From assembly GCA_000091165.1 (NCBI GenBank), contig FP565575.1:1950001-1982000 (forward strand): a stretch of DNA of 32,000 nucleotides. Direction: 5' to 3'. Shown one piece after another: positions 1-5,420 of the stretch. The DNA is from Candidatus Methylomirabilis oxygeniifera. GTDB lineage: Bacteria; Methylomirabilota; Methylomirabilia; Methylomirabilales; Methylomirabilaceae. A program made the translations under genes and the position numbers. Position 1 is the first letter of the stretch. Every line of letters starts with the position of its first letter. The notes beneath the pieces are model-generated. The model did no database searches and had not been told where the DNA came from. It was given only the letters and a program-made list of their open reading frames with translations.

Positions 1-224
1 TCCAGGAAGTCCGGACTCTTGAGATGGGTATCACGATCACGCTCACCGCTCCAGAGACCCCGCGCATCGATCACCGCCTCGACGCGAGCCAAGGCGGGAG
101 CCTCCGGATCGAACTCGAGCATGCCGTGCACGTTCTTGAAGTGCCCCCGAACGTTTGTGACCATCATGTGTCGCACGCAGAACTCGGCGGCGGTATGTCC
201 AGGTTCGAACGTCCAGCGCTGCAT
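1..224 (-). CDS. YceI-like protein, N-terminal part (gene runs off the left edge)
   Basis: Absent from the ORF track because it has no stop in the window. The reverse complement reads MQRWTFEPGHTAAEFCVRHMMVTNVRGHFKNVHGMLEFDPEAPALARVEAVIDARGLWSGERDRDTHLKSPDFL. This fits the YceI pattern (VRGxF, RDxHLxSxDF). ATG at 222-224 is preceded by GGAGGAGG (rc of 229-236). Confidence 0.8.
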   Translation of the reverse strand, partial: MQRWTFEPGHTAAEFCVRHMMVTNVRGHFKNVHGMLEFDPEAPALARVEAVIDARGLWSGERDRDTHLKSPDFL

Positions 225-261
225 CGAGCCTCCTCCTTTCCCAGCTCTTCCCGTCTCTTAG

Positions 262-429
262 GCCCTACGATATACTTTTATTCCCGCAGTCATCGAACAC
301 ATCGAGGACCGCGACATCGAGGATTACCTCCTGCAAAGGAGCCCGCGCTTCCGCAAAATACTTGGCAAGGTCAAACGGGAACGTGGCTCCATGTCGCTGG
401 CCGAATACCGCAAGTCCCGGGGCGTCTGA
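262..429 (+). pseudogene. Possible remnant of an antitoxin C-terminus (no usable start codon)
   Basis: The frame is open from the stop at 259-261 to TGA at 427-429. It reads ALRYTFIPAVIEHIEDRDIEDYLLQRSPRFRKILGKVKRERGSMSLAEYRKSRGV. The only ATG/GTG/TTG start candidate lies 12 codons from the end (one in-frame CTG lies earlier). The charged helical tail resembles C-terminal regions of Phd-type antitoxins, by recollection only. Confidence 0.3.
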
Positions 430-448
430 CCTCTTGTCTGTAACGAAT

Positions 449-516
449 GGGGCGCAGGTCAGCGGTCGGCGGATGCACGAGCGTGCTCGCCTGGATGACT
501 GGCTGCTGCAACTGCG
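449..516. repeat. Copy 1 of a ~68-bp GC-rich structured repeat (copy 2 at 4457-4525)
   Basis: GGGGCGCAGGTCAGCGGTCGGCGGATGCACGAGCGTGCTCGCCTGGATGACTGGCTGCTGCAACTGCG aligns with 4457-4525 at roughly three quarters identity. It has a central CGAGC/GCTCG hairpin and lies directly 3' of the minus-strand gene ending at 519. Confidence 0.7.
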
Positions 517-518
517 TT

Positions 519-920
519 TTAGGGTTGTTTTGATAGAAGCTCCTTGGCTGCCGCCGCGATTTCCTTTTTGTAAATTTCCTTAAACTCCGCGTAGTTCTTT
601 CGAAGCTCTGGGTGTTGTTGAAGTACATGCTCGACATCATCCTTAAGGCGAAATACAAATAACAGTATGTATTCCAACCAGATTTCGATTTCTACGTTCG
701 GCATACTGACTAGCTGACTAAGAAGACGCCGCGCGTGAGACCGCCGTAAGTTACCGAGGATAGTTTTCTCCGAGGACTTCATGGCGGGGTGGTCCTCTTC
801 ATAGACCTCCAACGTATCCAACGCTTTTTGCAGGGCACGGCACTTCTTAGCAGGGTCGGTTACCCGCTCGGCTTCTTCAAACTGAGTTCTCACCCTAAGT
901 AATTCCGAAGATAAATCCAT
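519..920 (-). CDS. Hypothetical protein, 133 aa, predicted all-helical
   Basis: From ORF 519..983. The start is moved to ATG 918-920 (MDLSSELLRV...), which has GAGGGAAACGCA upstream. No recognisable family. Low-GC region. Confidence 0.55.
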   Translation of the reverse strand: MDLSSELLRVRTQFEEAERVTDPAKKCRALQKALDTLEVYEEDHPAMKSSEKTILGNLRRSHARRLLSQLVSMPNVEIEIWLEYILLFVFRLKDDVEHVLQQHPELRKNYAEFKEIYKKEIAAAAKELLSKQP

Positions 921-948
921 TGCGTTTCCCTCTACAACCCTAATGACC

Positions 949-1022
949 GGCGCTGAGCGACCCGCGCCCACAGGCGCTCCCATGAAGAACTCGTCGCTTA
1001 TGTGGGAACTCGCTCCAGCGCC
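949..1022. repeat. Long imperfect palindrome in the spacer between two orphan genes
   Basis: The arm GGCGCTGAGCGA-cccgcg-CCCACA (949-972) pairs with TGTGGG-aac-TCGCTCCAGCGCC (1001-1022). That gives three 6-bp stem segments with bulges. It is flanked by CTACAAC (932-938) and GTTGGGC (1025-1031). Confidence 0.6.
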
Positions 1023-1040
1023 TAGTTGGGCAGCAACCTC

Positions 1041-1580
1041 TCACTGCACATCGGACGGAGTAAAGAACATGTTCGTCGGACCACCGCAATTAATGTAGTA
1101 AGTGTTTGGCTTACTGGTGCTCTTGTCGCCATATTCGACGTGCGAGCACTTACCAGCGTTGAGGAACTTGATGGCACCCTTGTGAAGGACTAGGAGATCT
1201 TGTTCTGTGAGCCCGTACTCGCCTACTTTCGGAAAAGCGCCTTTGGCGATACGGGAATCACTAGACAACGACGGCTGGGGCAGCTCCGGAGGAGCTGTAG
1301 TCGATAGCCCAGTTGCAAGAACCCAGCGCGCGACCTTACCACTCTGCCCTTCCACGAAACCGTCGTAGAACTTCGAGACGCGCACCCAGCCACTCTTTAC
1401 TTCGAAGACCTCGACTTTTTGCCCGCGGTAGATCCGATTAGTCACGGGTGCGGTGGCGCTGGGACCGAGACGCACTTGAAGGACGGCCTCCTTAACGAAG
1501 TAGGTTCCGGGCTTGGTTGCCTGCGCGTAGGCGCTTGCCGAAGCGACTAGTAGCACACCGATGAGAATCAAAGCCTTCAT
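1041..1580 (-). CDS. Secreted protein with SH3b-like N-domain
   Basis: Signal peptide MKALILIGVLLVASASAYA. The segment YFVKEAVLQVRLGPSATAPVTNRIYRGQKVEVFEVKSGWVRV looks like a bacterial SH3 domain. GGAGGAG SD lies upstream of the ATG at 1578-1580. Confidence 0.7.
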   Translation of the reverse strand: MKALILIGVLLVASASAYAQATKPGTYFVKEAVLQVRLGPSATAPVTNRIYRGQKVEVFEVKSGWVRVSKFYDGFVEGQSGKVARWVLATGLSTTAPPELPQPSLSSDSRIAKGAFPKVGEYGLTEQDLLVLHKGAIKFLNAGKCSHVEYGDKSTSKPNTYYINCGGPTNMFFTPSDVQ

Positions 1581-1691
1581 CTGACTCCTCCGTCACAACT
1601 TTGCCACCCAACGGATGAATCACGGGCTGGCGCGACCACAGCGAAGGGCCGCGAAGCGGAGTACAAAATGTTTATCGCCGGTCCCGTGCAT

Positions 1692-2489
1692 TCACTCGTT
1701 ATGTAGTTTTCTTTCGTCGTTCCGCGGGCCTCCCAAAAGGTACTGCAGGATTTCATCCTTGTGATGCTCCCAAGTCAGTGGAGTAGCGTACACCTCCACG
1801 GGTAACCATGCTGGATGATCTACAATGACGCCGTCATAGACCGATGCCATGAAATTGATCGGCCGGTGTCCTATGAGTTGTCGGCGGTGAAGCGACTCTA
1901 GGAGTTGGCAGCCACTCTGGGAGATCCCTACTCCGATTAAGAGATGGTGATATTTCCGGATCCACGCTTTGGTAGATTGGGTGAGTGTGTTTAGAATACT
2001 GTCTTCTATTCTGCCTTTGGGTATCGCCGCAATCTTCTCGGGAGACATTCGAATCCAAATCTCTTGGTCTCCGGCTAGTTTGCCCCTCGACAGAGCGGAC
2101 AGAGAAAGGCCGCCAGATTGATGAATCGCACTAAGGAGTGCTGCTTCATCTTCGCTGAGGGCATCGGAAGGAGAAAGAAGATCGAACGGCTCGGGGTCAA
2201 AGCACCAGAGCCTATGGACCGCCCTCACAGGCACGCCGTTAACTTCATCTGTCTTTGCGTAACAAGCTACGATGAAATCCACCTTTGCGGGGTCATGACG
2301 GTGATACCTGAAGTTTATTGCGAACAGTTCGGCTTCGACTTTCGCGTCGCGACCATCCTCCATCACGACGACGTAGTCGGGACAGACTTCCTGCGATAAA
2401 ATGATCTTTCTGATGCCGAATTGAGATAGGCTCTTCTCGAACCAGCCGCGAAAATCTGCCTCGTTCGTGAAGACCACGGCCTTCTTCAT
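1692..2489 (-). CDS. Hypothetical protein, 265 aa; N-terminal restriction-endonuclease-like fold candidate plus wHTH-like segment
   Basis: The clean 265-aa ORF has GGGGAAGAG upstream. The N-terminus CPDYVVVMEDGRDAKVEAELFAI...VDFIVACY resembles a PD-(D/E)xK core, but reads E-A-E where E-x-K is expected. LSEDEAALLSAIHQSGGLSLSALSR looks like a winged helix. The family call is inference only. Confidence 0.65.
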   Translation of the reverse strand: MKKAVVFTNEADFRGWFEKSLSQFGIRKIILSQEVCPDYVVVMEDGRDAKVEAELFAINFRYHRHDPAKVDFIVACYAKTDEVNGVPVRAVHRLWCFDPEPFDLLSPSDALSEDEAALLSAIHQSGGLSLSALSRGKLAGDQEIWIRMSPEKIAAIPKGRIEDSILNTLTQSTKAWIRKYHHLLIGVGISQSGCQLLESLHRRQLIGHRPINFMASVYDGVIVDHPAWLPVEVYATPLTWEHHKDEILQYLLGGPRNDERKLHNE

Positions 2490-2614
2490 ATCTCTTCCCC
2501 TTATTCAACGCCGAACGTTACAAATTCGGGCATGACGTGCAAGGAATCAGCGTGGGCAGCGTCCAGAACCGCCCTGTTCCGCCCCCTCCAGTTGGCTACG
2601 TCTTTGGTGTAAGC

Positions 2615-3013
2615 CTACTCAGCACGGAACATGTAGATGCCAATAATCTCGCCACTTACGGCTTCTTGCTGGCCGCTGGCCAGAAACTTGTCGCGACTCT
2701 CGCTGCCTGTGATTCGGTACACATAGCCAACGTGGTCTAGACGCCAACCTTCTTCTTCAATTGCCTGAATCGTTCGTGAGTAGTCACTCGTCTTAGTGCT
2801 GTCAGTGAATGCGCCAACCATTGCCACTGTGTACCCTTTGGTCCAGCTTAGAGGGACGTCGATCTGAAATATCTTCATCCCGGCGGCCTTTGCGGCGCGA
2901 GCTTGGCCGGCTGGGGAGGCCGCAAAGGCTTCGTCCCTTCTACGTTTCTCTTTCTCCAACCTCTGCCTCTCCTTTTCTGCTCGTTCTTCAGGGGTTGGGT
3001 TAAAGAAGCCCAT
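2615..3013 (-). CDS. Hypothetical protein, 132 aa, charged N-terminal helix plus small a/b domain
   Basis: From ORF 2615..3058. The start is moved to ATG 3011-3013 (MGFFNPTPEE...), preceded by GGGAGGATATACG. No family recognised with certainty. Confidence 0.6.
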   Translation of the reverse strand: MGFFNPTPEERAEKERQRLEKEKRRRDEAFAASPAGQARAAKAAGMKIFQIDVPLSWTKGYTVAMVGAFTDSTKTSDYSRTIQAIEEEGWRLDHVGYVYRITGSESRDKFLASGQQEAVSGEIIGIYMFRAE

Positions 3014-3338
3014 CGTATATCCTCCCTTGACTACGGATTCAGTTCTATGACGACACAACTATTATGTAGCCGCTTAAGTCCAGAGGTACACTGCATGGTG
3101 TATCTCATCCTAGCTACGTATCGGTCTCTCCTGGAAGCCTCCACGATGTCTACCATTTGTATTGCTTTGTCGAGGTCCAACCTGCCGGGGTGTACGGCGA
3201 AATTGCGCGGTGTATCCATCCAGATATCGGCCCGCTGTATGTCCTGATATCCACTCCCCAGGCTATGGGGCTTGGCGCGGAAGCGGTCATAACTGGTCAG
3301 CCGGGCTGGTGACACCCCTGCCGCCCCGCAGGTCGCCT

Positions 3339-3382
3339 GAAAACAGAACGGCCCTTCGGGGCTTGAACTGCCCTGAAGGGCC
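3339..3382 (-). terminator. Rho-independent-terminator-like hairpin (minus strand)
   Basis: GGCCCTTCGGGGC (3350-3362), loop TTGAACT, GCCCTGAAGGGCC (3370-3382). This is a 13-bp stem with one G-U pair. On the minus strand it is followed by GTTCTGTTTTC (rc of 3339-3349). Confidence 0.45.
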
Positions 3383-3497
3383 GCTATACCTACAACTCCA
3401 TCCAGACGTAAGAGCCTGACTTTGCACAGCCGTTTCCTCGCCGACTGCCAATGCGTTGCTCCTTTGCTTCACGGCGGAGGGGAGGAGCCGTCTAAGT

Positions 3498-3549
3498 GGC
3501 CGAATAGTAATATCCCCTGAGAAGTAACGTCAAGTGGAAAAACGAAAAA
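3498..3549. repeat. Copy A of a ~53-bp direct repeat (copy B at 4859-4910)
   Basis: GGCCGAATAGTAATATCCCCTGAGAAGTAACGTCAAGTGGAAAAACGAAAAAG against GGCCGCATAGTAAGATCCCCTGAGAAGCAGCGTCAAGCAGAAAAACGAGAACG gives about 85 percent identity in the same orientation. Each copy is followed within 15 nt by TTGAC. Confidence 0.85.
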
Positions 3550-3608
3550 GCTGCGGACTCCTTGACCTCTATATCGCCCTGTTGGCAAACTGTACTTCAA
3601 GGGAGGTG

Positions 3609-3695
3609 ATGAGCGCTAGGGCAAAGATCACGACCCGGACACAGTTCCTACACCAACGCTCCTTCTTCTATAAGAATATCAACACGCCAGCATAA
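3609..3695 (+). CDS. Candidate 28-aa mini-ORF downstream of repeat copy A
   Basis: The ATG at 3609 lies immediately after AAGGGAGGTG. It encodes MSARAKITTRTQFLHQRSFFYKNINTPA with TAA at 3693-3695. It is below the ORF-track cutoff, and the strong SD is the only support. Confidence 0.25.
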   Translation: MSARAKITTRTQFLHQRSFFYKNINTPA

Positions 3696-3757
3696 CGATC
3701 CTGGATCTCACCGCCGATGACATCATCAAATTCGTAGGCAAATCCCATCCCTTGAGT

Positions 3758-3976
3758 CTACCGCCTCCGAACCTCACGTACGATTCTGACGATTTCGTCT
3801 GCGGTCATGTCTAAGTCCACCCCCTCAACATCAAGGGGTGACTCAGGCTTCGAGACGGGCGCGATCATAAATGCCGACCCATCTTTCCGTTTCACCAAGA
3901 CCCTTCCCTCGGATTTCGCCTTTTCCAGTACGGCCGCAAATTTCTGTCGAGCTTCTGAGAATGTGTATGTTGTCAT
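3758..3976 (-). CDS. Phd/YefM-type antitoxin
   Basis: From ORF 3758..4024, with the start moved to ATG 3974-3976. MTTYTFSEARQKFAAVLEKAKSEGRVLVKRKDGSAFMIAPV is a typical Phd/YefM N-domain. The start overlaps the PIN gene stop as ATGA. Confidence 0.8.
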   Translation of the reverse strand: MTTYTFSEARQKFAAVLEKAKSEGRVLVKRKDGSAFMIAPVSKPESPLDVEGVDLDMTADEIVRIVREVRRR

Positions 3977-4371
3977 GGCTCCACCTCGATCACGGCTGCT
4001 CCAGCGCTTCTGGCAGCACGGCAAAGATCTCGATCCAGCGTCAAAAGAGGACTCTTATGCTTCAGGGCACACTGGATAACGTAGGCATCATATGCGTAGA
4101 TGTCGAGATTGGCGGCCAGATCGAGGGCTTCCCCCAGTGGGATATCAATAAACTGAATCGGGATCTTGTCATATGCCCGTAACGCTGCCTTGGCCTGCCG
4201 CACGTTCATCCGTTTGCGTTTGAACATCGCTGAGAATGCATTGCCGATCTCCCACGGAATGGAAGCAGGGGCAATAAGTTCAGTGCCTTTGGTCGCTTCA
4301 ACCATCCGCCTCTTATGCTTTTCATTCGTCACAACGGCAATGATGGCAGAGGTATCTACAACAATGTTCAT
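3973..4371 (-). CDS. vapC: PIN-domain toxin (VapC-like ribonuclease)
   Basis: From ORF 3973..4401, with the start at ATG 4369-4371 (MNIVVDTSAII...) preceded by AAGGGAGCGCC. The PIN acidic residues are present: D in VVDTS, E in WEIGN, D in AYDAYV, D in TLDRD. Confidence 0.85.
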   Translation of the reverse strand: MNIVVDTSAIIAVVTNEKHKRRMVEATKGTELIAPASIPWEIGNAFSAMFKRKRMNVRQAKAALRAYDKIPIQFIDIPLGEALDLAANLDIYAYDAYVIQCALKHKSPLLTLDRDLCRAARSAGAAVIEVEP

Positions 4372-4382
4372 GGCGCTCCCTT

Positions 4383-4404
4383 TTATTGTACAATTGTACA
4401 ATAA
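4383..4404. promoter_or_regulatory. Perfect 22-bp palindrome, likely toxin-antitoxin operator
   Basis: TTATTGTACAATTGTACAATAA is its own reverse complement. It sits between the putative -10 and the SD of the PIN gene. Confidence 0.6.
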
Positions 4405-4434
4405 TATTAGCCTATGAGGACTGAAGGGGTCAAC
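4404..4434 (-). promoter_or_regulatory. Putative sigma70-type promoter of the PIN-Phd operon
   Basis: On the minus strand: TTGACC (rc of 4429-4434), a 19-nt spacer, then TAATAT (rc of 4404-4409). The spacer is one or two nt long for an ideal promoter. Confidence 0.4.
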
Positions 4435-4456
4435 CTGTTCTTATCGTCCTGCTATC

Positions 4457-4525
4457 GGGGCTGCGGGTCAGCGGCAGGCGGATGCGCGAGCGTACTCGCG
4501 TGGACAACCGTCCGCTGCAGCCGCG
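4457..4525. repeat. Copy 2 of the ~68-bp structured repeat
   Basis: GGGGCTGCGGGTCAGCGGCAGGCGGATGCGCGAGCGTACTCGCGTGGACAACCGTCCGCTGCAGCCGCG. The outer stems are GGCTGC/GCAGCC and CAGCGG/CCGCTG with a bulge. The apical stem is CGCGAG-CGTA-CTCGCG. Confidence 0.7.
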
Positions 4526-4554
4526 TGATGGCCAGCGCAAAGCGCCGGGGCATG

Positions 4555-4849
4555 GGGACAGACACTATTTATTGGAGATCTTTTCTTGGTCTTCCCCTCC
4601 CCTCTGCAACGCGCGTACTACTCGTCCCAGTTATCCTACTCATTTCCCCAGATGAACCCATCCCTTCTCCCGGTGGTCGCTCTGTCATCGTGTGCCTTCG
4701 AATCGCTGTCGTGCCGAAAGACCGCCTGGTGGTAATTCCTCATTGCGTCACATGATACGGGTGGCCGGGTGCAACGATTCGAGCAATCCGTGGCATGCAC
4801 GATCATGACCGCGAGCACCACAAATTGTTACAATAATAGTGTCTGTCCC
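4555..4849. repeat. ~295-bp segment bounded by 19/20-bp terminal inverted repeats (MITE-like or operator pair)
   Basis: GGGACAGACACTATTTATTG (4555-4574) against rc of CAATAATAGTGTCTGTCCC (4831-4849). That is 15 perfect bp plus 4 more after a 1-nt indel. No target-site duplication is obvious. Confidence 0.5.
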
Positions 4850-4858
4850 TATTTTTCG

Positions 4859-4910
4859 GGCCGCATAGTAAGATCCCCTGAGAAGCAGCGTCAAGCAGAA
4901 AAACGAGAAC
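4859..4910. repeat. Copy B of the ~53-bp direct repeat
   Basis: See copy A at 3498-3549. It is followed by TTGACT (4916-4921), an 18-nt spacer and TGgTAGTCT (4937-4945), then the TusA-like gene. Confidence 0.85.
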
Positions 4911-4995
4911 GTACGTTGACTCGGGCTTGCCCATTTTGGTAGTCTGTGGGCGACAGAACCGTCTCAATCGAACGTCAAGGAGGATGCTGAGAACG

Positions 4996-5394
4996 ATGAA
5001 ACGATTCTTACAGTTGCTGGGAGAGATGAAGAGCTACCGACTGCCTACGGCCAAGCGGGCGCTGGAGGAACTGGCAGTAGACGACGAGCTGGTGATTGTC
5101 GTGCCCGAGCAAGCGTTGGCTGGGGAAATACAGCAGTGGGCCACCAGTCAGGGCCTCACTGTTGCCGCCCCGAAGAAGATGCTGGATGGATTAGCCCGGT
5201 TCCAACTATCAGTGAAAAAAGCTGCGCCTGCGCCTGCGCCTGCGGTAGAAGACAAGCCGGCTCCTACCACACCGGCGCCCGCCGCTTCAGGCGCGCCAAC
5301 CCCCGCGGCAGCGCCGACGCCTGCTGCAGGGCCAACGCCTCCAACCGCACCGGCCACCACCGCAGCGCCGGCCTCCGCCGGACCGACGGATTAG
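4996..5394 (+). CDS. TusA/SirA-like domain protein lacking the catalytic Cys, with Pro/Ala-rich C-terminal tail
   Basis: From ORF 4927..5394, with the start moved to ATG 4996 (AAGGAGG lies 13 nt upstream). MKSYRLPTAKRALEELAVDDELVIVVPEQALAGEIQQWATSQGLTV follows the TusA pattern, but Tyr sits where the CPxP cysteine should be. The last ~55 aa are AP/TP low complexity. Confidence 0.6.
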   Translation: MKRFLQLLGEMKSYRLPTAKRALEELAVDDELVIVVPEQALAGEIQQWATSQGLTVAAPKKMLDGLARFQLSVKKAAPAPAPAVEDKPAPTTPAPAASGAPTPAAAPTPAAGPTPPTAPATTAAPASAGPTD

Positions 5395-5420
5395 AACAGT
5401 TGCGCGAACGTCATAATTCC

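Noticed and set aside
24-443. Plus-strand ORFs 24..443 and 19..261 at the left edge
   Set aside because: They are antisense to the well-supported YceI-like gene (1-224) or run through its promoter region. They have no SD and an implausible Arg/Pro/Ser-rich composition.
3031-3315. 94-aa minus-strand ORF
   Set aside because: It has a GTG start with no properly spaced SD. It lies immediately downstream of a terminator-like hairpin with no room for a promoter, and no family resemblance was seen. It could be real or a decayed gene, so it is left unannotated.
3350-3382. Possible tRNA fragment or att site (the GGGGC-TTGAACT-GCCC stem-loop resembles a T-arm)
   Set aside because: The loop lacks the invariant TTC. 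The stem is 13 bp, far longer than a T-arm, and there are no acceptor or anticodon arms nearby.
4414-4755. 113-aa plus-strand ORF across the repeat region
   Set aside because: It runs through the 68-bp repeat and the inverted-repeat terminus, which are not conserved at protein level between copies. The composition is Cys/Arg/Ser-rich and there is no SD.
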